This document shows positions 38,358 to 52,379 of a stretch of DNA of 64,000 nucleotides, piece after piece. Numbering within the stretch: position 1 is the first letter of the stretch; every line of letters begins with the position of its first letter. This DNA comes from Octopus sinensis (Eukaryota), in assembly GCF_006345805.1 (NCBI RefSeq), contig NC_043003.1, forward strand, positions 62,310,001-62,374,000, written 5' to 3'. The translations under genes and the position numbers were made by a program. The notes beneath the pieces are model-generated. The model was given only the letters and a program-made list of their open reading frames with translations, made no database searches and was not told the DNA's origin.

Positions 38358-41155
38358 TGTGGTGATATTAGTTTATGTCTCCCATAAACAAAATATCCCA
38401 TTGCTTGGTTTATTTGTTGATTTTGATGTGTGAATGTCAGTGGAATAAAACTATCATATTTGAAAAAGGAAAAATAATAAAAAAAACTAAGGATTAGCGA
38501 CAGGAATGACATACTGCTATGGAGACAGGAAGGATAGTGACAAGAAGGACATACTGCTATAATGACTGGAAGGATATACTTCTCCTTAATAAGTTTCATC
38601 CAACCCATACCAGCCTGATAACAATGGACATAAAAATTATGATGATGATGGTGGTTATGGTGGTGGGGAATGATAAAAATGATGATTACAGCTTTGATGG
38701 TTTTTGTTGTAGAAGGAAGAGTAGTAGCCTTGACCATTTTTTGGAGACTAACAGAAGGAAGTAGCTCTCGGGCTGAAATAATGGTAAAAATGCTTCTAAC
38801 TGGGTATACTCTGCTAAAGGTACCTGGAGGCCTGTTAGGGGTTTTAAACTGAACAACTGAATAAGTTTTCCATCCAAGAACAGGTATGGTCCCTCAGTGG
38901 ACTTTTATGCAGCTTCTATCTTTCAAATTTTGTTCACAAAAGGAGTGGTAGAAGACACTTTCCCAAGATGCCTTACTGTAATATTGAACCTGAATCCACT
39001 TAGTTGGGATGAAAACTACTTAACTATACACCGTACCTGTGTCCTTACTCTCACATCTGTATCTTTACAACAGTTTCTTTAGGTTGTTGTTGCTTAGCAC
39101 CAGATCAGCCTTAATCAAACAGACTTATGATCAAAGCTGCTCCACCTGTAAACATCACATCATTTATCCAGATACATCTACAACTAAATAGGTTGTGATT
39201 TGGCAAAAATTCAGCTGCTAATGCTATCAGGCTGCTCAACAGTAATGAAGTTCATATGTTGGCTTGTGAGTGTCCCTAGTTAACTTTTAGTACATTTTGC
39301 TTCAGGTGGCTTTAATATTGGAGATTGTCACTGCATTTTCATTTAACCAAGTTCATAACTGTTGTATCACACATTCATTTATATTGTGGCACAATCCATT
39401 TGGAGCCAACCAAATAGGAGTGTTCTACTTCTTAACAACAATAACTTTAATGAGAAATTCATAAATTATTTCATTTCCAGTCATAATAATATATTATATG
39501 ATTTTAAAATTTCCCTTTGCTAAGCACTTTATATTTCTCTCTACCTCTGCAACAAACATTTTAACCATGTAATTCTTCTCTTCATGTCTTCAACATTTCT
39601 CTCCTTCTCTTCTTCTCTTCACCTCTTACTTCCACTAACCACATGAGTGACAGCATAATGCATTCGCTAGCTAACTCCTTTCTCACATACTCTCACAATC
39701 CTGCTTCCATTCTCTCACTCCACCTCCTCCTCCGGTCTAACAAACTAAGGCATAAAATGTGAGTGAACAGGTAGAAAAATAGTATAGATTGAGTTCAATA
39801 AAAAAGATACTTTTCACTATAAACACACCAACATCACCACCACCACCATCATCACCATCACTATAACTTTTAGTAACAAAGCTCATTCCATTTAATTTCT
39901 GTCCAGCTGTTTGTTTCTATCTACTTTTTCTTGCTGTTGATGTATCTCTACTCTTATAATACAAATACTATCTCTCTCTCTATCTCTCTCTCTCTCAATG
40001 TTATTACCTTCTCTGCCCATCTCTCCTTATCTGCCTTCCTTTAACCTCACCACTCAGAACATCACCCCCCCACTGAATATTGTATCCTGGACATATCTCT
40101 TTCTGTTTTACTTTCACTCTTTCACCCATTAACACATTGTTAACACTTCTCTCCCCTTTTCTTTCACCATCTTTTTCTCTTGCTCTTCGCCTCTCCATTC
40201 AACTAACCCTGTGATGCAATTGGACTCTGTGTATCTTTCTTCTCTACTTACGCTTGTCTCCCCCCTCTTTCTCTCTCACTTTTACTCCAGCTCACACTCA
40301 CTCCACCTCTCTAACTAACTAAAGTGTAACAGGTGAATGAACAAGCAGATTCTTTTCTACTAGGCACAAGGCCCGAAATCTTTAGGAAGGGGGTCAGTCG
40401 ATCAGATCAACCCCAGTATGCAAATGGTACTTAATTTATTGACTCCAGAAGGATGAAAGGTAAAGTCGACCTCAGCGGAATGAACAAGTAGATTATTATA
40501 TTGATAGACCATGCTTGTGGTATATTTCTTTTGTCTTTCTTTTCTCTCTTCTATCATATACATTGTGCAACTTTATTATATGTATAATTGTGTTCTGCCA
40601 ATCTATTCAAATATGAATTACATTTTCTTTTATAGGTGTAATGTTTTTTTTTATTTGTGTGGAAGGTTTTAGTTTGTGGTTCAAGCTCTTAATTCTGTTG
40701 GAAAAAATTACTCAGTTTTATCAAACTGTTTTTATTAACAAGTTTTTGCCAGAACCAGTTGTCTAAATTTATTTTTTGGCTAACTTGGATCAGTTCCCAT
40801 TACATTTTTTGACAACTTTGATTTGAAAAAGAAAAAGAACTATTTGTCCATGTAACTGGGATACATAATTTTGATATCTGACTTGAATGTGCAGGAGAGC
40901 AGAGCACCTGTTTTTGTTACCATCATTTTATGACGGTTTGATACTATGTGTCTATCCAAGTAACTGATCACTGAAATATTTCAATGTTGATGACTCTGAC
41001 AATATTTGTCTCACAAATATCTTCTATTGATATTTAGCAATATGATTGACATCATTTAAAATTATGAAATCCAGCTCAAGAAAGCAGTTAACTGTTCTTT
41101 TGTTAAGCTCTGACAAGGAAAAAGAAATTATGACTTCAATAATGCATTGTATTAA

Positions 41156-41191
<36 letters not shown>

Positions 41192-42181
41192 GTGTGTGTG
41201 CGTGTGTGTGCATGTGTGTGCATCCATGTATGTGTGTGTAATATGATGCACATAAGGTTTTTACTATGTGTGTGTATGTGTTTATATATGTGTGTGTGTA
41301 TATATATGTATGTATACACACACACACACACACACACATGCATATATATATGAAACTTATATATGTGGATGATATTACTACAAGCTATTATTAAATTTTT
41401 TTTGTAAACATATTAATATCAGAAATGTAATCTAGATATCAATCTCAATCAATGCTCTGTATACTTTTCCTTTATTGAGTACAACTTGCACCTCTTCATG
41501 AGTGCTTACTCTGCCAAAAATATCAACCAAATCAGCCTCAAATTACATCCTTTTGTCTTAAATGAAAAACACATTCAATAATGTAACCCCTAAACAGCTT
41601 TATGCAAGATGGTCAAACTGAAATGTTTTGCATAGTTTTCTTTTCTTTTGTAAAGAAAAAGCAGAAAGTTACATGGAACAAAATATTCTTAATGGTATTT
41701 TGTTGACAATGTTCAGAGTATTAGATTCCCAGATGAAGCCATTGGAAACATTGATTACTTCACTATGTTCTGAAGGGAATAATTTAAGATGAGGAATGTT
41801 ATTGAGAATGGCATGGAATTATTTTGTATTGAAATAATGAATTTTATGTTCAGGTATCATTAACCTTTCTGTTACAATAATGCTGTTGAAGTATGACACC
41901 TTTGCTCCAATTAATTTTGAAAATATTGAAGAATTTAGGAAAATAACTTTGTCATTATTGAACAGGTTTTTAAAACACAAATTAGGCTGGAATTTTGATG
42001 GAAGGTTTTAATTTGGATCACTTTAAACTGCGAGTTGTATCAGAACCAAGGATGTTCCCAGATGGATTGATATCAAGAGCATTAAATATGATCACCTCTT
42101 AAAGCCTATATTGGAATATATCATGACAAAATAGCTAGGAAAAACAAACAGATTTCACATGGGTGCACACACACACACATG

Positions 42182-42218
<37 letters not shown>

Positions 42219-44039
42219 ACTCACTCACTCACTCACTCACTCACTGAGTACATGAAATTCTCTTTTATTTTCTACATATCACCAAAAATATATTTCTCCT
42301 GGCTTAAGTGGTCTGATAGTTCTACTTGGTTAAATAGTATTTGTTTTCTTTTAAAAGTTTGTAAAGTGTAGTTTTGAAATGAGACAGCAATTCATGCAGA
42401 GAGGAGTGACAATTTTTTATTATAACAAACATTAAAATCAGGATTTGAGATAAATGTGTTGTAGACTTAGTGTTATCTACATGTTCTTGAAATTAAGCTG
42501 TTTCAGGTAACACATGTATTTTGAACGAAAAATGTTGAGATAAAAGAAAAGAAATTGTGTGGCTGAGAGCCTGATGGAAGTGAATATGACAAATCAATGT
42601 CTTATTCAATTGAAACATGTCTTGTATGAATCATGTGTAGACAATGATCAGTTCTACTGATTCCAGCTCTAACTGAATTCTGAGTAAAGAGAGAAAGCTT
42701 CAGTTCCACTTATAGACAGTACATGACTATATCATTGCTTTAACAAAACAGTGAGAAATGGTGACTGACAAAGCTCCACCAGTTGTGTAATATTCACTAC
42801 AAATATGACAGTGAAGAAGTTCAATTTGCTGCTCTGTTGTTTGGGTTTGTCCCTGCTGTGTGACACTGTGTGCAGTTGTCTTTAATTATAGTTTTAGGCT
42901 TTAGCAGATGCTTTAGTACAAAAGCATCGACAGAGGTATCAAACTGATGGGCTAAGTTATGACAGTGACAAAAATAGTTACAGCACAGCTTTTTACTTAG
43001 ATACAATTTGGGTTTGTGATAGGATGTAACTGCACAGCATCGGCCATTCATTGACCTGGAGAAGTCTTTTGAATGGAAACTACACTCTGTAGATTAGTGA
43101 CCATGAAGAAACGTAGGTGTAGATGAGTGACTGTCAACTTTGAGATTTAACATTTAGTTCAGTGTGGAATTTAGTGTCCAGGTAAGTGTCTATCAGGGCT
43201 CTGTTCTGAGCTCCTTACTTATTTATTATAGTTCTCAATGCTTAAGTTGTTCACAAAACAGCTTGTTTTAAACTTCCCACAGCAGAATCTAGAATAATTA
43301 GAGGAAAGATTTCAACTGTCTAGTATCAAGAGGCTTTAAAATATACCTAGCATCAAAATAGCTCATTATGTGTGCATGTGTGTATGATTGGTTTTTTGCT
43401 GATATGAGTTTGACAAAATATATATTGGAACAATATTTTTCATTGAGATGTTTTTCTTGTCTCTTACTTTTCAAATGAGGGGTTGTTACTGCACTGGTCA
43501 CAAAATACTGCCTCCTTGTTCAGCCTATGTCAGCATAGATCAAAAGCAGATATAAAATCTATGATTTTCTCTGTGTGTGTGTGTTTGTGTGTACATGTGT
43601 GTATATGCCTATATATGTTTTCTTAAAAGTGTTTATGAGAGTGTATATTTGTTTGCATTATATGTATATTAATTATCTATGTCAAACACAGCTTATGTTG
43701 GTTATTCTGAAGTATTTATTATAGGTACACCTCCAATTTTTAAATTATAAGCTTTCTACAAAATGTAAACTAATATTAAAAAAAACAACATTTATATATC
43801 TCCACAAGCAGAAGAGTATATACATGTGTGTGTATTGATATGCATATGTTATACACATACACACACACACGGACAAAAGTACATGTGTGGAAAATGTACA
43901 TACATACACATATGTAGGGATGTATGTTGAGAATATACATGTACATATGTATGTGTATTTTCGTGTGTGTATTATGTGTGTGTGTGGGGGGGAGTGTCAT
44001 AATTTCTTCAGCTTTTATGTGTGCAACATGAATTCATAA

Positions 44040-44700
44040 ATCACATAGGTTATCACTAGCTTGTATGTGGATATTCATATTTGTGATTGTTGTTGAAGTT
44101 TTTCATTTTAGAATTTTTGTCCTGTATTATTAGTTTTAATTTATCATTTGATGTAGTATATTTTGGGATTATTTGCTTTATGAGGTTCTTGACAATGTAT
44201 TCATTTATTCTGTGGTGAGTATGAATTTGATTCATAAAATACACTTTATGTATGGTTTGTGCATTTTTAATAGTCATAGTTCTAATGTACTTTTTGCAGT
44301 CTATTTCATCTCTATTTATTTGTCAGAACAAATGTTTGTTTTATGAGGATTTTTTCCCTGTGCTTTCTGTAGGGAAAGGAAATCTAAATGCTTTTTTTAC
44401 TAATTATTTTACCACTGACATTTTTTTTTATCTGTGTTGACATTCACTGCCTCCATGTAAAAATATGAATTTATTTATGTCTTTGGAGTAAGCGGATATG
44501 ATGTGTCTATTGTTTTCTGCTTAAATGTTTGTTTAGTAATGGAGTTATTGTATTGCTAAGAATTTATTTGTACTATTCTGGATGTTGAATTTTGATATGA
44601 AGTTGTTTTCTGTGTTCCTTTCATTTCTGGATGCGCTCTGGTGTGTACTTTATGATGAGGATATCTGTAGAATTTTGCTATTTATAATAATAGTGTTGGT
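44040..44700 (-). mobile_element. Decayed Penelope-like element (post-RT region)
   Basis: ORF 44056-44277 (...INEYIVKNLIKQ...NDKLKLIIQDKN) resembles the PLE linker between RT and the GIY-YIG domain. It is interrupted by stops. Confidence 0.45.
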
Positions 44701-46084
44701 GATGAGTAGAGCAATGGCTAAGTAAAAAGATAAGGCAATAGTAAAGATGTGAATATGGAAGACTACCAAGCAATATTCAACTCCAGCTAACACATGTCTC
44801 ATAATAGACATGCTAATTTTAACTTTAGAACATAAGTATAGTTAAAATATGTATTTTATTCATGGTAATAATTACATCTGAATGAGATAGAAAATTCTGA
44901 GAGTTTTTGTTCAAGTCTCAATGGACTTTAGTAGCTTATAATATTTAATGGAAGGGATTTCTAATTGAATATGACTTCAGACAAGACTCAAATAGCATTA
45001 AACAGTTTAGAACACATTAAACTCAAAGTGAAAATATGTTATCATGCAAAATACAGAATACATAAGATTAAAGATATGGAAGGTGATGTATGCGTGTGTG
45101 TTTGGCTGTATAAAACAGAAGCCACATAGCTGTTGTTAAGTTTAATGTAATATACAGAATCATATGCAACTAGATGATGCAAATATGTTGCAAAAGTACC
45201 ATAAAAATTACAGCAAAATCGTAAGATGCCAAATAGCAGATAGAACCATTGTGGACAGAATAATTAAAATGTCTTTAATATGAGGACCAGAAGTATCTGG
45301 TTTATTATTGTTCAGCAAAATACTTGGTGAATTTTTCATTGATATAAATACAGTCAATTTTAAGAATGACATTGAAACTGAGTATTTCCAAACACTATGT
45401 AGGTGACTGTTGTAATTCTAAAGATGACTGCTTTAATATCTGGCAGCAGTATTATGTTGAATGGTCCATATCCTCAAAAGAACACTGCTAGAGCATCCTT
45501 TTCTGACCAGTAAAGTATCTGACAGCAATGAAGCAGTTTTATTCAGTTGTGTGAAATACCTGGGTATTTTACGTTTTGGTTGTATTCTTGATTTTCCTCT
45601 GCATAAATTTTAATTTCAACCCTATCCCACCCTTCAAAAGCCAGCAACCATTATTTGGTCATAAGTCACTTAGCAAATCTGTCTGTCTTTAAGGGTGCAT
45701 ATACCAAAAGGAAGTGATCTGACTGGCTGAAAGTAGCTATAAAACGAATCACTCATATAATGCCCCTTAATGTTGGCTGCTACATCCAGTATTTCTTCTG
45801 CACATAGATGGCTGGTAACAATAAACCATCAAATCTGGAAATAAGCATATGCGAGTGTTGCCAAGCAATAAATGCATTATATATACTAGAAAGGAGAATA
45901 TGAAATACTGTTGTATACAAGAATATTTAAACCTAGCTATGTGTGTGACACTTACATAGATCTGTGTGTCAATACATGTGAGTTGACACAGATACCTAGT
46001 TGTGTATACATGTGAGTGAATATTTGAGTGAATATTGAGGAGTAGAGAACTGATTCAGCTACATTGTATACTTTCTAACATAGA

Positions 46085-46430
46085 GGCGCAATGGCCCAGT
46101 GGTTAGGGCAGTGGACTCACGGTTGTAGGATTGTGATTTTGATTCCCAGACCGAGCGTTGTGAGTGTTTATTGAGTGAAAACAACTAAAGCTCCACGAGG
46201 CTCCAGTAGGGGGTGGTGGCAAACCCTGCTGTACTCTTTCACCACAAATTTCTCTCACTCTTTCTTCCTGTTTCTGTTGTACCTCTATGTGTCATGCCGA
46301 ATCTCCCTGAGAACTATATTAAGGGTACAAGTGTCTGTGGAATGATCAGCCACTTGCACATTAATTTCACAAGCAGGCTGTTCCGTTTATCGTATCAACT
46401 GGAACCCACATCATCGTAACCAAAGGAATC
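46085..46430 (+). mobile_element. tRNA-derived SINE, third family
   Basis: A box ggcgcaatggcccagtggttagggcag and degenerate B box tttgattcccagacc. A related fragment lies at about 57400-57615. Confidence 0.7.
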
Positions 46431-47199
46431 CCACAACAATACTTTTTAACAGCTGAGAGGGAGGCTGATATTCTCCTTGTCTAGAATAATATATATTATG
46501 TTGTAATATGTTTCTGTATGTTACTAGTGCTTGTGAATAAACTAAAAAGCCAAGTAAGTCTAGCAATATTGTTATGTATGTTTGATGGGGACTGGGCAAA
46601 GCTGTTTGGTGGTGTTAGCAGTCTGGTTAAGATAATGTAGTGTGTTGAATAACACGAGCTGCAAAAATTGTCTACATTTACATTTAGTGGAAAAGGTCCC
46701 ATTGATTATAAGTAAAACACTTCTATTATAACTGTAACTAAAAGTAGTATTTGAAAGAAGTGATGTTAGAAATTTGAGCTTAATGTGTGGGAGACTTGGA
46801 AACAGGCACTGATGTATGAAAACACACACATCATGAGTTAACTGTATGGTGTGCTGTGATTGTATGCAAGTATGGTGTGCCAGGGGTCACTAGGATAACA
46901 TTGCAGAGGAGAAGGGGAAAACACTGAGCAAGCAGGAAAAACATGACTCTTGAGAAAAATATGTTTAATAGAAGTCTGGAAATATCTAATTCCTATTTAA
47001 AAACCATTCAATCAGACATGTATCTATTCATATCAAACATTGGTGATATCAATGTAAAAAGTTTTAATAGTTAGTGAATAAATAAAAGTGATGTTTATGA
47101 ATGAAGGATGCTGAGTGAGTTCTAATACTGGTTCTATTGTAGAAATGCATATGTTAATTCTGAAATATAAATATAGTTGAAATATGCTTTATTTATGTT

Positions 47200-47720
47200 A
47201 ATACTAACATCTAGATGGAACAGAAACATCTACGAGTATTCTGACAATTCAAAATGGACTTCAGTATCTAATAATGTTTAATGGAAGGAGTTTTTGATTT
47301 AAGGTTTCAGACAAGAATCACATGGTGTTAAAAGGGTGTAATAGACATACCAGATATCCAGAAATTAAGAGAAGACTTAGAAAACATTTCCATATTAAAA
47401 CTCATCATCCAAAGTGAAATAAAACTCTTAGCAATGCAAAACCGTCTCCTGATATATATTCAGATAGAAAACAAAAGATGTATCTGTTTACATAAAAATG
47501 CATAAATAAATGTATAAACCTACACTGAAGCAGATGCAAAAATGTTTGTTGCAGAATCGTTACTAAAAGAAGTATTTAGATTTTCCTCCTCAAACAATGC
47601 TTAGGAAATCTGCAGAATCAAATAACATCAATCAGAAGGAAAAAAATGGATATTCTAACAAACTGATAGACCAAGCCATGAAAGTATACAAGAAGAAATG
47701 CACTGCAACAAATACATCAG
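47200..47720 (+). mobile_element. Decayed CR1-like RT fragment followed by a PLE-like fragment
   Basis: DIPDIQKLREDLENI-like reading at about 47345-47390, then KNGYSNKLIDQAMK at about 47640-47685. Confidence 0.3.
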
Positions 47721-48119
47721 TTACCATACCTTTAAAAATATACAAACCACATATAGATGCACACTAACTATTGTCTAGATTATTTGTTTAATGCAGGAGC
47801 CACATATGACAGACATCAGATATCTAGAAAATTAAAAGTTTGTTTCTTGGAATGTGACAATAATAATTGTATTTAATTTTCTTTTTATTTCCTAACTAAC
47901 GAATAGACACCTGATCCTGTTGGTTGAATACTAACAAACAGACACCTGATCCTGTTGGTTGAATAGTCAAATAATAATTTTACACTATATGGTCTAAGAA
48001 TTCAATTTAAAATAGGACAAAATTCAGACATAATATAGAAAATCTTAATTTAAGTAAAGTTTCACAAATTTATTTGTGAATGTACATAAGTATTTTCATG
48101 TTTTACAAAGTCAATTGAA

Positions 48120-48320
48120 GTCATCATCATCATTTAACATCCATTGTCCATATTGGCATGAGTTGGACAGTTTGACCAGAGCTGGCAAGCTGGGGAGCTG
48201 CACCAGATTCCAGTCTGATTTAGCATGATTTCTATGGCTGGATACTCTTCTTGACACCACCCACTTTACAGTGTGTGCTGGATGCTTTTACATGGCATCA
48301 CACTGGTACTTTTATGTGCA
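48120..48320 (-). mobile_element. Diverged RTE 3' tail
   Basis: catcatcatttaacatccattgtccatattggcatgagttggac... Confidence 0.65.
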
Positions 48321-49149
48321 GAAAATATTCAAGTGTTTGCTTGCTTGCTTGCTTTTAAAGTAAAAATATTTCCTATCAGATAATTGATAGTTGCATAGAA
48401 TAAATATTCATAACACACAGATTTTTAAACTGTTGGGAAATGATTTCTTATGACTTAAGATAACTGATTTTTATTCTGCCAAGATTGAGCCCAAGTTTAT
48501 GGTTAACCAAAGGCTTGAGAGAATGTAAAGAAATACTCTTTATCATGGCTGTCAGTGAGAGAAGTGGCAGAATAAATATGTGGATATTTACTTATTTGAT
48601 ATACTAGCTTAAACTTTCTCAAGGCTATTATGTTATGCTTAGCTAAATTTTCTGATTATTAAAAACGTGTATGACTATGATGAGGAGAAAATGATCATGT
48701 ACTAAAAGATAGCTCACAAGCTGCTAGATGATGAGCTAACATTTCTTATTGGTTAGAATAACACAATAGACCATGGTGAAGCTAAAATGTCTCTGCTTGA
48801 GAGTTTTTCAAAGTTTTGCAGTTCTCAAACAACTACTTAATGTTTGAGAACTACATGACTCAAACAAAATCAACACACGTTTTTATTGGGATACATATTC
48901 TGATACAGAATCTTATATAAATATTTTGGGGACAAAAAGAAAAGCTGGGATATTTTTCCTGATGTTTGTTTATTTTAGTTAACATCTGGCAAAGGCATGG
49001 ATGAAAATATGCAAATGAAAAGCAAGCATATAAAATTAAACATATTTTAATCAGATTACGATACAGAATTACAGTCTTGTCATAACAATTTTTCAATAAA
49101 TATGCAATGCTACTGTTATGAAGCTATTAAAGCTACTGTTTAATGCTAG

Positions 49150-50760
49150 TTGAGGTCTTCTGCATTTATATCATGTCTGTGAGTCACTGAAAATTTGACC
49201 CATGTGTTGTCAAGGCTCTATGGATTACGTGTACAACTTGTTTGCTTGTAAGGATTGCATAATGCTTTGGCTTCACAAACTTCACAATTAGAGTACACTA
49301 ATTCACAGAAGTATATTGTACTAAAAATTTAGATGAACTGAACACTTTTTACTGGAACTTGTTTTCAGAACTCTGTAGTAAACTGGCATTTGTACATTGT
49401 CTTTAAGCCCAAGTTCTCAAGGAATTTTACTAGCTCCATGTCCTCAGCCAATGATTCTGTAAATAGAGCTTGGAGATTTGGTTCTATAAGAAATGTAAAG
49501 TTATACTTCAGTTGTTACATCAAATATGGCTAGGAAATTATCAAGTAGTCCTTGAAATTTATCGTTGCATTTTTCCTATTTATGGCCTTTTAAATATCAG
49601 GGAATGTTACTTCTCAGCTGAGATTTGGGAAGCAGTTGCAGTTTCTTGACAATATGTTTCTTTAAAAACCTTATTCTTTCCTGAAAGCTAAAAATTTTCT
49701 CAGTAAGATCAGAAACAATCTTTTTTGTGGTGAATCAAGTTCAAAGATTATTCATTGTATGAATAAAGAACATCAGATTTTGCATCCATTAATCATATTT
49801 CCAGATAGGGGAAGAATCTTTTCTTTTTATTACAAAAATAATAGGCGCCAACAGATCTACAAACCACCTCAAAACATTACTGTTTGATGGCCACCTCACT
49901 ATGTTGTAGAAAGTGACATTATAAGGTTTATCTTCATCACAGTGTTTATATTCATTACTTCACTAACATTTCTGAAATATCAGTAGATCTCCTTGTTTAA
50001 GTATATAAAATTTGTAGTTTCAAGGACAGTCTGAATAACACCTTCATATTTCAAGTGTCTGGTTAATACATGTTCACAATTAATAATAATGCAATGAATA
50101 GGGAAAGCTGATGGAAAGCTGGGATCTCTTTTCATCAGTAAGAACAATTAATCTTGTATTTTCCCCCATCTATTGTAGGTTTTTCCATCTGTAACATGGA
50201 CAAATTTATTCTGCAGAACATCAGCTTCTATTAAGGCTCTGCCAGGCACATTTTTAATGCCAGCTTACCAGTTCATTCCTTTTACTGCAACTAAGTTCTT
50301 TTCACTGCTACGACATCTATTTTTTCAATGTTACATTAGAGGAATCGACAAGCACTTACTGCCTAGGGAATTTTGAAAATCATTTTGCAATTTTGCCTGA
50401 ATTATCAACATTGACCTACGAAATTCACCTCTCTTTAGTGTGATGTGAGATTGGTGCTTGTGCTATTTGTCTGTGAAGATTTGTGTTTTGGGGATTTCAT
50501 ACTGCTACAACTTTGCCTGTAGCTTTCTAAGCAAATTCACTACCAAAATATAGGGATTTAATATGAGAAATATTTGAAGACACCACAAAACCAGCTTCTG
50601 TTATTCTATCAGTTTCCTTACTACAGTGTCTGCTGGCTGTTTTTCTCAATTCTGATTTAAGTGGATAATCATATTAGGTAGTTTTATGATTTTCTTCATT
50701 GTGATATTCTAAGTTACTGGCTTTGAAATGACTGGGTGACACATGGTAGCTATGACACAA
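49150..50760 (-). pseudogene. Decayed hAT (SPIN/GTF2IRD2-like) transposase
   Basis: The minus strand gives VLVDSSNVT (DES-like), HVTDG, IHCII...(CxxH region) and FYNIVRWPSNSNVLRWF (hAT RW motif), with multiple stops. Confidence 0.75.
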
Positions 50761-51320
50761 AACTATGTTCCCTTCAATGGGGAATACAAAATCTTCCCGT
50801 TGCTCTTGATTAAATTTTTTTTTATCTTCTTATATTCATTTCTAAAAATTTGATGGCACAAAATGTTGAAATACTTGTAAACACTTACATCTAAAGAGTA
50901 ACAGCTAAGTCTACCTCTACATTTTTAATTTGTAGTAAATCAAAGTATTTTCAAATATGGCTTTAAATTTTCTACATAATTTCTGATTATAGTTATAAAT
51001 GATATAAAATTATTTCACTATTCTTTTATGTGTGGCAGCCTAAAGTCTGTGGCCATGCTGGAGCACTTTAATTTCTCTTGGAAATATTTAACTCTCTTTC
51101 TTTCTCTCTCTATGGACACACAAACACACACATGTATATAAAATGAAAGATGAAGTTAATGTTGTCTATAGCATCCAAAATACACTAATTTTCAACCCAT
51201 TCATGATGCTACATTTATATATAACGGGAAGCTTTATGAAAATAGACAAAAGACGAAGGCAGGTGGAAAACAAACAAACAATTGTATTAGTACGGCGCTC
51301 AGGAAATATAAATAAAACAA

Positions 51321-51360
51321 GTCTTTAACGTTTCGAGCCTACGCTCTTCAACAGAAAGAT
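51321..51360 (-). ncRNA. Minimal type I hammerhead ribozyme motif (A6U variant core)
   Basis: The minus strand reads UCUUU-CUGUUGA-A-GAGC(GUAG)GCUC-GAAA-CGUU-AAAGA: 5-bp stem I, 4-bp stem II and a palindromic ACGU stem III. Confidence 0.6.
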
Positions 51361-51527
51361 ACACAGAGAGAAAAAAAACACAGAAAGAGGGAGAGAAAAA
51401 AATGCGTGCAGTAACTAACGAATCAACATGGCGATCTGATTTCGGCCAGAGGTCAAAGATCAAACATGAGACGCGAGAGCGAAATAAGGGGAGATAATAG
51501 GGTTGATAATAGGGTTGAATGACCAGC

Positions 51528-51862
51528 TATTAGTGCGTAGGAGGGGTCTGGACGTGTGTATGTATAGGGTTGGTGTATGTATTAGTATGTATTAGTATGT
51601 ATAAAGGTGTGTGTGTGTGTATGAGAGAGTATTAGTGCGTAGGATAGGTCTGGACGTGCGTATGTATGGGGTTGGTGTATGTATTAGTATGTATTAGTAT
51701 GTATTAGTACGTATTAGTATGTATAAGTGTGTGTGTATGAGAGAGTATAAGTGCGTATGAGGGGTCTGGACGTGTGTATGTATAGGGTTGGTGTATGTAT
51801 TAGTATGTATTAGTATGTATTAGTACGTATTAGTATGTATTAGTTGGTGTATGTATTAGTAT
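51528..51862. repeat. ~100-115 bp tandem repeat, 3 units, inside the PLE 3' region
   Basis: tattagtgcgtagg...tctggacgtg...gggttggtgtatgtattagtatg starts at about 51528, 51630 and 51746. Confidence 0.85.
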
Positions 51863-52336
51863 GGCACATCATATATGATGTGATGTGTAAAGTCGTGTGG
51901 TGTAGTGAGGAGAAGAGGGGGAGGGGAAGAAGAGGGGGAGAGGGGGAAGAGGAGAGGAGGGGGAGGAAAGAGGGAGAGGGGGAGAGAGAAGGGGAGTGAG
52001 GGAGCAGAGGGAAGGGGAAGAGGGAAGAAGGGAAGGGAAGTAGTGGTGAAAGGATGAAGGACTGAAGAAGTAGGGGTCGGGGGGAAGGATAGGTGAGGAG
52101 GGGGGAGAGGGGGTTAGATGAGGAGGGGGGGAGAGTTGAGACCAAATGGCGTATAAGAGCGAAGAGAGAAGATTAATTCCTGTTCACGGCACAAACGGGA
52201 ATCCGGATGGCCTCTGTGTAAGGACAAACCGAACACAGATAGGTGTTGCAAGGAGTGACCGGTGGAGCGGAAATGGCGTGAGACCGGTGTGTTGTTCGCA
52301 AGGTGGATGTCACGAAGGTGTTCCGCGAACCGGTCA

Positions 52337-52377
<41 letters not shown>

Positions 52378-52379
<2 letters not shown>

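Larger units (their letters stand above)
51217..52341 (-). mobile_element. 5'-truncated Penelope-like element inserted in (TA)n
   Basis: 52114-52341 encodes ADRFAEHLRDIHL...PVSRHF...REQELIFSLRSYTPFGLN, the C-terminal half of a GIY-YIG endonuclease. The 3' region holds a polypyrimidine tract, a tandem repeat and a hammerhead motif. Both ends lie in TA runs. Confidence 0.8.

Noticed and set aside
43158-43181. 24-nt microexon candidate (catttag|FSVEFSVQ|gtaagt)
   Set aside because: The acceptor is weak, and it would introduce a stop if spliced after the phase-1 exon at 33368. Such matches are expected by chance in 64 kb.
47896-47965. 35-bp direct tandem duplication (agacacctgatcctgttggttgaata x2)
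   Set aside because: Real but ordinary slippage duplication, with no further structure.
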